62,536 nucleotides of DNA from Candidatus Micrarchaeota archaeon (GTDB lineage Archaea; Micrarchaeota; Micrarchaeia; Micrarchaeales; Micrarchaeaceae), in the NCBI GenBank assembly GCA_964604635.1, contig CAZRZO010000003.1, forward strand, positions 1 through 62,536, in the 5' to 3' direction. Both the position numbers and the translations under genes were made by a program. The notes under the pieces were generated by a model. That model had not been told where the DNA came from. It did not search any database and saw nothing but the letters and a program-made list of their open reading frames with translations. Positions 1-9,590 of the stretch are shown piece by piece (the stretch's first letter is position 1; every line of letters begins with the position of its first letter).

Positions 1-58
1 GTGCATCTTCAATATCATTTCTTGAGAAGATAATTATACTTAATTCTATTTTTTTCAT
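1..58 (-). CDS. partial CDS (N-terminus only, continues past window start); possibly glycosyltransferase-like
   Basis: Minus-strand ATG at 58-56 opens MKKIELSIIIFSRNDIEDA and stays open to the window edge. It starts 5 nt after the stop of the 63..1130 gene. Too short for a family call. Confidence 0.3.
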   Translation of the reverse strand, partial: MKKIELSIIIFSRNDIEDA

Positions 59-62
59 ATCA

Positions 63-1130
63 TCAGAAAACATAAAGTACTTCTAGTAAAACTTCTATTA
101 CTATTAATAATATAACTGTAAATTCTAAAATATCTCCATGGATTGTTGCAATTATGTCTGATATGAAAATCCGTCTTTTTTCTATTAAATCTAAGTTTTC
201 TTTTAGAGAATTTTTTAATAATTCTAGTTTAAATACATTTGAAAATAAGGAATATAATTTTGATAAATACCATTCTCCAAATCCAAATGGTGTTTCTACT
301 ATATTATTAAGTAAATCATTTGTTTTATCATAAAATTCTCCAAGCATTAATTCTGATTTTTTTAATCCCCTATTATATAGTCTTTGTAATGAATTAAGTT
401 CTGCGATTTCAGAAACAAGTTTATTCGTTGATTTTAACATATTTGTTATTGCTTTTTTATATATCCTCATCTCAAGAAATTGAATATTAGCAATTTCAGC
501 AACAATTAATTCATATTCATATGATTTTAATTTATCTATGATTATTGCACTTTCCCAACCAACAATAAATATATCATCAAAATTATAAGAAATATTTTTG
601 CTTAAAGCATCTTTCATATAATTTTCATCTAGTATTTTAACATCTTGCTCATCAATTAATAGGCCAGTAATAAATCTTTTATATTTTTTAATTATTTTAT
701 TTTTATCTCCATTTATATAATAAAATTTATATGATTCATTTATTTCATTTATTTTTATATTATTTATCATTAATTTTACATTATTAACAATATTTTTTAC
801 AATATCTTTAATTTTATTATCAAAACTTAGTTCGCGCAATTGTCTAATATTAATATTATTTAATATACATCTTAATCTTATTGAAAATGAACCAGTACTA
901 TAACTAGCTATTTGTACTTTTATTTTGTAAATTTTTTTATTAATATTTATTGCTTCGTCATTTAAATTAAATATTGAAGGTATATTAAATATTGAAATTT
1001 CTTCAGGAGTTGGTCTACTAAATGCGTATTTTGAAAAATCCTCTTTATCTTTAAGTAGTTTATTCAATTGTTCATCAATAAGCAGTGTACCAGTATTGTA
1101 TATAAATAAATAAATTATTTCTCCATTCAT
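63..1130 (-). CDS. DUF155/RMD1-like protein with a single C-terminal TM helix
   Basis: 355-aa ORF with a soluble body and a C-terminal hydrophobic helix (ILEFTVILLIVIEVLLEVLYVF). This layout is typical of DUF155. Assigned by recall only. Confidence 0.4.
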   Translation of the reverse strand: MNGEIIYLFIYNTGTLLIDEQLNKLLKDKEDFSKYAFSRPTPEEISIFNIPSIFNLNDEAININKKIYKIKVQIASYSTGSFSIRLRCILNNINIRQLRELSFDNKIKDIVKNIVNNVKLMINNIKINEINESYKFYYINGDKNKIIKKYKRFITGLLIDEQDVKILDENYMKDALSKNISYNFDDIFIVGWESAIIIDKLKSYEYELIVAEIANIQFLEMRIYKKAITNMLKSTNKLVSEIAELNSLQRLYNRGLKKSELMLGEFYDKTNDLLNNIVETPFGFGEWYLSKLYSLFSNVFKLELLKNSLKENLDLIEKRRIFISDIIATIHGDILEFTVILLIVIEVLLEVLYVF

Positions 1131-1233
1131 ACAATCACATCACTTAATTTATTTATAAATTAATTTATACATTTAATATTATAATTTTTATAATACAAGA
1201 AAAAGAACTAGCATAAAAAATTATTTTTATTAA

Positions 1234-1518
1234 TTAAATATTTTTTTCTAATTTTTCAATAATAACAAGAAATTGAGGTTTATTACCTTCATTTATTTTT
1301 TTTGTTTCTTGAATCCATTCTTTTGAATTTTCAAACCCACTTATTTTTTGATGTTTATTTATTTGTCCAAAATTTGGGTTGTTAATTATTTTCGTTATTA
1401 TTCCCTTATATTTATTATTTATTAAAATTTCTTTATGTATTTTGTATGGAAATTCTCTAAATGATGCCACTTTTCCTTCTTTTAAAAAATGATCTAGTTG
1501 TTTGTTTATAATAATCAT
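1234..1518 (-). CDS. hypothetical protein (94 aa)
   Basis: Clean ORF in an AT-rich background. No motif recognised; a small beta-barrel (ASCH/PUA-like) is only a guess. Confidence 0.35.
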   Translation of the reverse strand: MIIINKQLDHFLKEGKVASFREFPYKIHKEILINNKYKGIITKIINNPNFGQINKHQKISGFENSKEWIQETKKINEGNKPQFLVIIEKLEKNI

Positions 1519-1944
1519 ATTATCATTCTTTTAATACTTTATTATGATAAGATATATATATTTTTATCAATTTTAATTCAAATTATTTTTGTATTTAATT
1601 TGTTGCTAAATTAAATAAAATATTATTGTTTAAATTTACTATAAAATTAAAAGTGTAATTAAAAATTTAGAATATAAATTAATATATTTGATAGAGTAAA
1701 ATAAGTTCTAATTAATTTATTTAAAAGTTTATATTGAAATTATTATATTTTAATAATTCCTCTATTATTGTTTGATTTATTTCTAGGTAATGCAATTTTA
1801 CAAAATATACAAACATTTAAATATCTTCGTGTATATTATTTAACTATTTAATGTATAGAAAGGCTTAAAAATCTAATGTAATTATATTTCTGAAATATTT
1901 AATATATTATTTTTTATTGCTTATACTAATTAAAAGGTGAAATA

Positions 1945-3177
1945 ATGTCAAAATCAAAAATAGTAAAAAACAAAATCAAAAATCCAAAGAAAATAGTAAA
2001 AATCAAACAACCAATCAAAAAAGCAAAAGTAATTAATAAACAGAAAAATACAAGTAAAAATTTAACAATAAAAAATATTAATAAAGCTAATAAGATTAAT
2101 AAAGAAAAAGAACAACAAAAAAATAATAATAAACAAATTGTTATTGATCAAAATAAAATAAAATATATTGAACCACAACAAAATAATGTTCAAAAGAGAA
2201 AAAGAGGTAGACCAAGAAGTGCATTTAGTGAAGCTAATAAAATTGAATTAGAACAAAGTTTAAAAGCAACTAATATAAAAAGATGTCCAAGTTGTAGCAG
2301 TGCAAATATTATATTTGATAGTGAAAAAGGAGAAGAAGTTTGCAATAATTGTGGTTTAATTTTAGAAGAGAATGTTATTGATCCAAGACAAGAATGGCGT
2401 GCATTTGATTCTGATCAAATGAATTCAAGAGCAAGAACAGGTGGACCAATAAAATTTGCAAAACCAAATAGAGGTCTTGTTACTGAAATTGATTTATATA
2501 ATAAAGATATTAGAGGAGTTAGAATACCTTCAAAGAGACAAGCACAATTATATAGAATGAGAAAGTGGCATAAAAGAGCTAGTATTACTAATTCAAGTGA
2601 AAGAAATTATTTGATTGCTCTTCCAGAATTAAATAGGGTTTCAAGTTATTTAGGACTTCCAGATAATATTAGAGAAAGTACTGCTTTATTATATAGAAAA
2701 TGTGTACAAGGAAATTTAATAAGGGGAAGACCAATTGAAACAGTTGTAGAAGCAGTTATTTATGCATCATGCAGAATAGCAGGTATGCCTAGAACATTAA
2801 ATGAAATAGCAAGTATATCAGGAGTTTCTAAAAAAGAAATAGGTCGAGCATATAGATTAATAACAAATTCATTAGGTTTAAGAATTCCTTTAACAGACCC
2901 AATTGCATATGTTCCAAGATATGCTGCTGCATTGAAATTAAGTGGAGAATCCCAGGAAAGATCAATTGATTTATTAAAACAAGCAATGAAAAAAGGTCTT
3001 ATCTCTGGAAGAAGTCCAACAGGTGTAAGTGCTGCTGCAGTTTATATTGCAGGTGCAATGGAAGGCGAAAGAAGAACTCAAAAAGAAGTAGCTGATGTTG
3101 CAGGTGTAACAGAAGTAACAATAAGGAACAGATATAGAGAGTTAAAAGAACAATTGCATCTAGATGTAAATCTTTAA
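1945..3177 (+). CDS. tfb: transcription initiation factor IIB (TFB) with ~110-aa basic N-terminal extension
   Basis: Zn ribbon CPSCSS..CNNCG followed by two cyclin-like repeats (ALPELNRV.., RSPTGVSAAAVYIA..). SD AAGGTGA lies 4 nt upstream of the ATG. Confidence 0.93.
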   Translation: MSKSKIVKNKIKNPKKIVKIKQPIKKAKVINKQKNTSKNLTIKNINKANKINKEKEQQKNNNKQIVIDQNKIKYIEPQQNNVQKRKRGRPRSAFSEANKIELEQSLKATNIKRCPSCSSANIIFDSEKGEEVCNNCGLILEENVIDPRQEWRAFDSDQMNSRARTGGPIKFAKPNRGLVTEIDLYNKDIRGVRIPSKRQAQLYRMRKWHKRASITNSSERNYLIALPELNRVSSYLGLPDNIRESTALLYRKCVQGNLIRGRPIETVVEAVIYASCRIAGMPRTLNEIASISGVSKKEIGRAYRLITNSLGLRIPLTDPIAYVPRYAAALKLSGESQERSIDLLKQAMKKGLISGRSPTGVSAAAVYIAGAMEGERRTQKEVADVAGVTEVTIRNRYRELKEQLHLDVNL

Positions 3178-3193
3178 TTAATTAATTGATTTA

Positions 3194-3643
3194 ATGAGAT
3201 TTTTTTTATTGTTTTTTTTATTATTTTTATTTAGTATTTTCATTTATTTTTTACCTTTAAATTTTTTAAACACATTAAATAATACTAATTTACATTTAAT
3301 AAATTTAACAAATATTACAAATAATACAAATATAAAATTATTAATTAATCAAACAAATGCATATATTAAAAAAATCAATCAAAGTTCTTATATTTTATTT
3401 TATCCTAATTTATCAAATGCTTATGCTTATATGAATAAAACAAATAATTTAACATTAATTCATTCCATGAAAAATACTATAAATACAATTAAATTATTAA
3501 ATAAAGCAAGATTATTTGTTTTTTATCAACAACAGAGAATTTATTTATATAGACAAGTTTCATTCAAAATTATTAGTGTGTTAATTGGTTTTACATTAAT
3601 TCTATTCTATTTTTTTGTTAATAAACACGAATTGAATAAATAA
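3194..3643 (+). CDS. small Asn-rich membrane/secreted protein, dense in N-x-S/T sequons
   Basis: N-terminal hydrophobic segment (FFLLFFLLFLFSIFIYFL) and a C-terminal TM (ISVLIGFTLILFYFF). At least 9 NxS/T sequons between them. Confidence 0.45.
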   Translation: MRFFLLFFLLFLFSIFIYFLPLNFLNTLNNTNLHLINLTNITNNTNIKLLINQTNAYIKKINQSSYILFYPNLSNAYAYMNKTNNLTLIHSMKNTINTIKLLNKARLFVFYQQQRIYLYRQVSFKIISVLIGFTLILFYFFVNKHELNK

Positions 3644-3858
3644 ATATTTTATAATAAATTTTAAAATTGCGTATTATTACAATATAATTTATTATTGTAT
3701 TAATTTTATTTGTTTTTATTTATATTTACTCAAATATTTATTATTATTAATAATTATTATAAAAGTATTTTTATTTATTCTTTTGAAATATTGAACAGAA
3801 TCTTTTTAAATCCTTCTTTCTATTACCTAAATAATCAATTAAAAATTTGGGTGATGAT

Positions 3859-4092
3859 ATGGATAAAAAAATAATCAAAGGGAATGACTACATAATAAAG
3901 ATTTTTGCTAAATCATTGAATGGTGATGGTATTAGCAAAATGGGAAAATTTGTAATTTTTATTAAAAATTCCAAAACAAAAATAGGATCAACATATAAAA
4001 TAAAGATAACAAAAATCTATTCAACTTTTGCAAATGGAGAAATAATTTATAATGCAAAGCAATATATTGGAAATAGTTTAATTGAATTTTAA
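3859..4092 (+). CDS. TRAM domain protein
   Basis: Pattern GDGISKMGKFVIFIKNSK.GSTYKIKITKIYSTFANGEI is typical of stand-alone archaeal TRAM. The ATG at 3859 is preceded by GGTGAT plus 3 nt. The track start at 3847 is a TTG inside the SD. Confidence 0.7.
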   Translation: MDKKIIKGNDYIIKIFAKSLNGDGISKMGKFVIFIKNSKTKIGSTYKIKITKIYSTFANGEIIYNAKQYIGNSLIEF

Positions 4093-4261
4093 TAATAAAA
4101 AATACAAATTTTGTTTTTTATTTTTATTTTTTATTTATAAAACATAATTAATAAAAGAATTTAATAGAAGACTTTAAATACATATTTTTTAAATATAAAG
4201 TGATAAATCTTCTTGATTTTTAAATCTAAGTATATTTATTTTTCTAATTTTGGATGATAAT

Positions 4262-4891
4262 ATGAATGAAAATGGAATGAAAGGAACAACAATTGTTGGA
4301 CTTGTATGTCAAGATGGTATTATATTAGCAGCAGATTCAAGAGCAACTTATATGGGTGGATTTATTGCAAATAAAGAAGCAAGAAAAGTTTGGAAAATAG
4401 ATAATAATTTAGGTATGTTAATAGCAGGTTCTGTTGGGGATGCACAAGAAATAATTAGAATGTTAAAACTTCATAATGAATTATATAAAATGAATGAAGC
4501 AAAACCATTATCACCAAAAAGTGCAACATCTTTGGTTTCAATTATTTTAAATAGTAATAAAATGGTACCTTTTAATGTAGGACTTATTATTGGTGGTTTA
4601 GATAGTGATAAAATTCCTCAATTATATAATTTAGATGCATTAGGTGGATATACTATTGAATCAAAATTTACAAGCAGTGGAAGTGGAATGGAAATAGCAT
4701 TAGGATATTTAGAAGAATATTATAAAGAAGGATTAGTAGTAAAAGAAGGAATAAAAGTAGCTGCAAAAGCAATATCAATAGCAATGAAAAGAGATGCAAA
4801 TAGCGGAGATAATATTTTAGTTGCAACAATAACTAAATCAGGTTATACTGAATATTATAAAAAAGAAATTGAAAAAAGTCCAAGTAAATAA
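4262..4891 (+). CDS. psmB: proteasome subunit beta
   Basis: Short propeptide then G/TTIVG (catalytic Thr1), with GSVGDAQ and SGSG motifs. ATG at 4262 follows GGATGAT plus 3 nt. Confidence 0.92.
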   Translation: MNENGMKGTTIVGLVCQDGIILAADSRATYMGGFIANKEARKVWKIDNNLGMLIAGSVGDAQEIIRMLKLHNELYKMNEAKPLSPKSATSLVSIILNSNKMVPFNVGLIIGGLDSDKIPQLYNLDALGGYTIESKFTSSGSGMEIALGYLEEYYKEGLVVKEGIKVAAKAISIAMKRDANSGDNILVATITKSGYTEYYKKEIEKSPSK

Positions 4892-4929
4892 TTTATCTAT
4901 TTTTTCTTTTTATGTGTTTATATTTATAA

Positions 4930-6876
4930 GTGGTTGTATTGAAAGAAAATGAAAAAGAAATAAAAAAAGAAACAATATTTGATAAAATCGAAAATATGAT
5001 ACCAAGTAGTATTGGTTTTATCAAAGCTGAATTTGAAGGTCCTGATATTGTTATTTATTTAAAAAATGCAAAAAGTATTTATCAAGACGATACAATAATC
5101 AAGACAATTGCAATAGAAATAAAGAAAAAAATAATAGTTAGAAGTGATTCAGCATCATTAATGGATCCAGAAGATGCACTTAAAGAAATAAAAGAATTAA
5201 TACCAGAAGAAGCAAAAACAGGAACAATTAGATTTTTACCTGAATTTAGTTCAGTATATATAGAAGCATTAAAACCAGGTTTAGTAATAGGAAAAAAAGG
5301 AACAACATTAAGATCAATAATGTACAAAACTGGCTGGATTCCAAAAGTATTAAGAATTCCAACAATGGATAGTTCTACTATTGATGGTGTTAGAAATTTA
5401 ATGTATAATGAGAGAGATTTCAGAAAAAAATTTCTATTAAATACTGGAAAGCAGATAAATAAACCACTAGTAAAAAGTGAATGGCTTAAAATAACTGCAC
5501 TAGGTGGTTATAGAGAAGTTGGAAGATCTTCAACATTAGTAGAGACTAAAAATTCAAAAATATTAATTGATTGTGGTATAAGTCCAGAACCAGGATTAAG
5601 AGGAAGTAAAGCAAATGAAAATCCAGAAATTAATAAAGCATTTCCTTATCTAGATGCAGCAAACTTTTCAATAGAAGAACTAGATGCAGTTGTATTAACT
5701 CATGCGCACATGGATCATATTGGTTTTGTGCCTTATTTATATAAATATGGATATACTGGACCTGTTTATTGTACACCACCAACAAGAGACCTAGCAGCAC
5801 TTCTTTTAAATGATTATTTTAAATTAGTGCAGAAAAGTGGTGGTACTCCATTATATGATGAAAAAGACATCAGAACAATGCTTATGCACACAATAGTAAG
5901 AAATTTTGGTGAAGTAACAAATATTACAAATGAATTAAAATTAACTTATCATAATTCTGGACATATCCTAGGGAGTGCACTTGTTCATTTACATGTTGGT
6001 GAGGGTGATTATAACCTAGTTCATACTGGTGACATGAAATATGGGTTTACACGATTATTTGATCCTGCTGACACAAAATACCCTAGAATGGATGCATTAT
6101 TTATTGAAAGTACTTATGGTGGTAATACTAATATTTCAGTAAATAGAAAGCAATCAGAAATAGATTTAATGAATATAATAAAGAAAACAATAGATAATAA
6201 AGGAAAAGTATTAATTCCTTTATTTGCAGTTGGAAGATCTCAAGAAATTCAATTAGTTATTGATTCTTATTTAAAATCCTATAAAATAGATGCTCCTGTT
6301 TATTTAGATGGTATGATATTAGAAGCAAGTGCAATTCATACTGCATATCCAGAATATTTAAAAGAATCACTTAAAAACATGATTTTAAATAATAGATCTC
6401 CTTTTGAAAGTGATATATTTGAAATAATAAAAGGTGAAAGAGAACATATAACTGAAAAAGGACCTTCAATTATTCTTGCTAGTGGTGGAATGTTAAATGG
6501 TGGAACAAGTTTTGAATATTTCAAAAAACTTGCAGATGACCCAAAAAATGCATTAATTTTTGTTGGTTTTAATAGTGCAAGTTCATTAGGACGAAGATTA
6601 CAAAATAATTTAAAAGAAGTTCCAATACTTGATGAAAATAATAAAATAATTCCATTAAAAGTAAATATGCAAGTTTATACTGTTGATGGATTTTCAGGAC
6701 ATAGTACTAGAAGACAATTAATTGATTTTGTAAAAGATTTAAGGCCAAAACCAAGTGAAATATATACAATGCATGGTGAAGAACAAAAATGTGAAGATTT
6801 AGCAAATATTCTTCGAAGAATTACAAATGTAAATACAAGAGCACCAAGAAATCTTGATTCAATTCGATTAAAATAA
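4930..6876 (+). CDS. aCPSF1 (KH domains + metallo-beta-lactamase/beta-CASP ribonuclease)
   Basis: N-terminal KH-like region, HAHMDH motif, beta-CASP region, ~640 aa. Adjacency to a proteasome subunit gene is common in archaea. Confidence 0.9.
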   Translation: MVVLKENEKEIKKETIFDKIENMIPSSIGFIKAEFEGPDIVIYLKNAKSIYQDDTIIKTIAIEIKKKIIVRSDSASLMDPEDALKEIKELIPEEAKTGTIRFLPEFSSVYIEALKPGLVIGKKGTTLRSIMYKTGWIPKVLRIPTMDSSTIDGVRNLMYNERDFRKKFLLNTGKQINKPLVKSEWLKITALGGYREVGRSSTLVETKNSKILIDCGISPEPGLRGSKANENPEINKAFPYLDAANFSIEELDAVVLTHAHMDHIGFVPYLYKYGYTGPVYCTPPTRDLAALLLNDYFKLVQKSGGTPLYDEKDIRTMLMHTIVRNFGEVTNITNELKLTYHNSGHILGSALVHLHVGEGDYNLVHTGDMKYGFTRLFDPADTKYPRMDALFIESTYGGNTNISVNRKQSEIDLMNIIKKTIDNKGKVLIPLFAVGRSQEIQLVIDSYLKSYKIDAPVYLDGMILEASAIHTAYPEYLKESLKNMILNNRSPFESDIFEIIKGEREHITEKGPSIILASGGMLNGGTSFEYFKKLADDPKNALIFVGFNSASSLGRRLQNNLKEVPILDENNKIIPLKVNMQVYTVDGFSGHSTRRQLIDFVKDLRPKPSEIYTMHGEEQKCEDLANILRRITNVNTRAPRNLDSIRLK

Positions 6877-6883
6877 AAAAATA

Positions 6884-7078
6884 TTATTTTTTTAAGAATT
6901 TTTTAAAATCAATTTCAATGATAAAAGCATTTTCTTGTTCTTTTTTTACTTTTCCAATAATTTTATTTTTTACTTTTTCAACAATATGATTTACTTCAAA
7001 ACTAATAAATTTAGATTTATTTTCAATAATTTTATTAATCTCAATATCTCTTTCAATACCAATTTCCATATTTATCAA
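6884..7078 (-). CDS. hypothetical protein (64 aa)
   Basis: Short K/E/I-rich ORF convergent with aCPSF1. No motif recognised. Confidence 0.3.
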   Translation of the reverse strand: MINMEIGIERDIEINKIIENKSKFISFEVNHIVEKVKNKIIGKVKKEQENAFIIEIDFKKFLKK

Positions 7079-7259
7079 TATTTATTTATTGAATAATTCT
7101 ATATATGTTTTTAGTAAAATCAAAATCAATTTGAATTTATTTTAATATTAAAATAAAAAAACAAAAATAAATTAATCATTAATAATTAAATACTTTCTTT
7201 AACAAGTAAATAAATATTAATTATTTTTTAAATAAAAGTTTAATATATCTGGTTTTATT

Positions 7260-7667
7260 ATGAGTGAAGAAATTTCAATTGTCCCAATGAAAGAACTAAA
7301 ATTAGGACGTTATATTTTAATAGACGATGTTCCTTGTAAGGTTATGGAAATAAATGTGAGTTCTCCTGGAAAGCATGGGGCAGCAAAAATGAGAATAGTA
7401 GCAATTGGTATATTTGATAGTCAAAAGAAAACATTATTAAAACCAAGTGAAAGTGATGTTCATGTACCAATAATTACAAAATCCAAGTCTCAAGTAGTAT
7501 CAATAAGCAATAATACTGCACAATTAATGGATTTAATTACATATTCTGTTTATGAAATACAAATTCCAGCAGAACTCCTAAAGAAAATAAAACCAGGCAA
7601 TGATGTTGAAATTATTGAAACAATGAATAAAAAAATAATATCAAGAATAGTAGGTGAATCTAAATGA
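7260..7667 (+). CDS. eif5a: translation initiation factor 5A (aIF5A)
   Basis: Hypusination loop SSPGKHGAAK plus an OB-fold C-terminus; 135 aa. Confidence 0.93.
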   Translation: MSEEISIVPMKELKLGRYILIDDVPCKVMEINVSSPGKHGAAKMRIVAIGIFDSQKKTLLKPSESDVHVPIITKSKSQVVSISNNTAQLMDLITYSVYEIQIPAELLKKIKPGNDVEIIETMNKKIISRIVGESK

Positions 7668-7972
7668 ATATAAAAATAGTTTCTGAATTTGAAAATAAAT
7701 TATTTGATAGAAAAGAGATTAAGTTTACAATTGATAATGGCAGATTACAAACTCCAAAAAAAGTAGATGTCAAAAGAGAATTATGCAAAAAATTAAGTCT
7801 AAATTCTAATAATATGGTTATAATAAAAATTAACCAAGAATTTGGATCTGGATTTATTGATTGTTATGCTCATTTTTATAATAAAGAAGAATTTATTACT
7901 AAATTTGAACCTGCTTATATTTTAAAAAGAAAAAACAGAGTAGAAAAAGTTCAAAAAGAAAAAACAGAATAA
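7664..7972 (+). CDS. rps24e: 30S ribosomal protein S24e
   Basis: N-terminus IVSEFENKLFDRKEIKF..TPKK.DVKRELCKKL matches S24e. ATGA overlap with aIF5A. Confidence 0.85.
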   Translation: MNIKIVSEFENKLFDRKEIKFTIDNGRLQTPKKVDVKRELCKKLSLNSNNMVIIKINQEFGSGFIDCYAHFYNKEEFITKFEPAYILKRKNRVEKVQKEKTE

Positions 7973-8000
7973 TAATTTATTTTAAATAAAATGTGAATAT

Positions 8001-8165
8001 ATGGCAAATGACAATAAAAAAAATATAAAAGAAAAAAAACCAAAAGTAATAAAACCTTTTAAAGAAAAAAAACAATGTCCTAAATGTTCTTCACGTATGG
8101 CAGATCATAAAGATAGATTTTCCTGTGGAAAATGTGGTTATACTGAATTCAAAACTAAAAAATAG
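8001..8165 (+). CDS. rps27ae: 30S ribosomal protein S27ae (zinc ribbon)
   Basis: Not in the ORF track. A 54-aa [35 protein letters not shown] with CxxC..CxxC sits in the conserved position after rps24e. Confidence 0.8.
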   Translation: MANDNKKNIKEKKPKVIKPFKEKKQCPKCSSRMADHKDRFSCGKCGYTEFKTKK

Positions 8166-8180
8166 CCAAATTTAGTAGTA

Positions 8181-8876
8181 ATGGCGTTTATTTTGATTAA
8201 TTTAGAGGATAAGTTAAAATCAAAAGACAAAAAAATTAAATATTTAGTATATTCTTTATTACTTATTTGTATTTTTTCTTTACTATATTTTATTTATATT
8301 TCTTATTCTACTTTTTCTCAACTTGCTTTATCTAATTATTTAAATCTTAATACTACTATTTTAATTTCATTACTTTTTCCATTAATTGTTTTTTCTTATT
8401 TATTACATAAAACAAATGATTTTAGTTATGTAATTAAAGAATTAGGACTTAGTAGAGATAAATTAACACTAAAAAATATTATATATGGTATTGTACTTTT
8501 TTTAATCATATTAATATTTGTAGAATTTGGTATTACAATATTTTCAAGATTAACTAATATTGCTTTGCCAACACATGTACAACAATTATTACAAGGCTTT
8601 CCACTTTATTTTTATTTATTTATATTTTTAGTTGCGCCAATAAATGAAGAAATAATGTTTAGGGGTTTTCTTGTTTCAAGAATAGGTATTATTCCAAGTG
8701 CAATAATCTTTGCATTATTACATTTTAGTTATGCATCAATAGCTGAATTTGTTGCAGCACTAATATTTGGTTTATTAGCAGGATATGCATTAAAGAGAAC
8801 AAAATCATTATATGTTTCAATAATAGCACATATGATACTAAATTTTTTAACTATTTTAGTATTATTTTTAATTTAA
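8181..8876 (+). CDS. CPBP family intramembrane glutamic endopeptidase (CAAX protease-like)
   Basis: Polytopic membrane protein with the EEIMFRGF motif, LLHF and AHMILNF histidines. Confidence 0.8.
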   Translation: MAFILINLEDKLKSKDKKIKYLVYSLLLICIFSLLYFIYISYSTFSQLALSNYLNLNTTILISLLFPLIVFSYLLHKTNDFSYVIKELGLSRDKLTLKNIIYGIVLFLIILIFVEFGITIFSRLTNIALPTHVQQLLQGFPLYFYLFIFLVAPINEEIMFRGFLVSRIGIIPSAIIFALLHFSYASIAEFVAALIFGLLAGYALKRTKSLYVSIIAHMILNFLTILVLFLI

Positions 8877-8886
8877 AAACTAATAA

Positions 8887-9588
8887 ATGATGATTATGAA
8901 TATTACTGTTGTTCTTGTTGAATCAAAATATCAAATTAATTTAGGCTATATTGCAAGAACAATGAAGAATTTTGGATTGTCAAAAATTTATTTATTAAAT
9001 CCAAAATGTAAATTTAATGGATCTAATGCAATTAAGTATTCAAAACATGCGCATGAATTATTAGAACACGCAATAATTATTAATGATTTAAAAAACATTA
9101 AAAGAAAAAACTTTGTAATAGGAACAACTGGTATTTGGACAAAAACAAGTCAATCTTTTTTTAATGTGAATAATTTAGATAAAGTTAATAAAAATATAAG
9201 AAAAAATAAAATAAAAAATATTTGCCTACTTATTGGGAGAGATAATACTGGTTTAACAAAAGAAGAATTAAGATCTTGTGATATAAGTATTTTTATTTCT
9301 ACAAATAAAAAATATCCTATTCTAAATATTTCACATGCATTAGCAATAATTTTATATGAATTAACAAAACAAGATATTGAAAAGGAATATAATTTTAAAG
9401 ATTTATATGCTAATCAAAAACAAGTATTAAATACAATTAATTTATTTTATAGTTTTATAAAAGATATAAAACATATTAGGGATAAAAAAACAATTGCAAT
9501 GGTTTTTGAGCATATTTTAGAAAGAGCTAATCCATCAAAAAATGAATTAAATGCTTTGAATATTGCGTTCCATAAAAATAAAAAATAA
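8887..9588 (+). CDS. SpoU/TrmH-family RNA 2'-O-methyltransferase (TrmJ-like)
   Basis: N-terminus VVLVESKYQINLGYIARTMKNFGL, later LLIGRDNTGL and SHALAIILYEL (SPOUT knot region). Confidence 0.7.
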   Translation: MMIMNITVVLVESKYQINLGYIARTMKNFGLSKIYLLNPKCKFNGSNAIKYSKHAHELLEHAIIINDLKNIKRKNFVIGTTGIWTKTSQSFFNVNNLDKVNKNIRKNKIKNICLLIGRDNTGLTKEELRSCDISIFISTNKKYPILNISHALAIILYELTKQDIEKEYNFKDLYANQKQVLNTINLFYSFIKDIKHIRDKKTIAMVFEHILERANPSKNELNALNIAFHKNKK

Positions 9589-9590
9589 AT

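Noticed and set aside
1519-1944. 426-bp intergenic region upstream of tfb as a CRISPR leader/array, mobile element end or structured RNA
   Set aside because: No regularly spaced direct repeats, no inverted terminal repeats and no GC-rich stems are present. It is most simply divergent promoter DNA. TATA-like strings are too frequent at this AT content to call individually.
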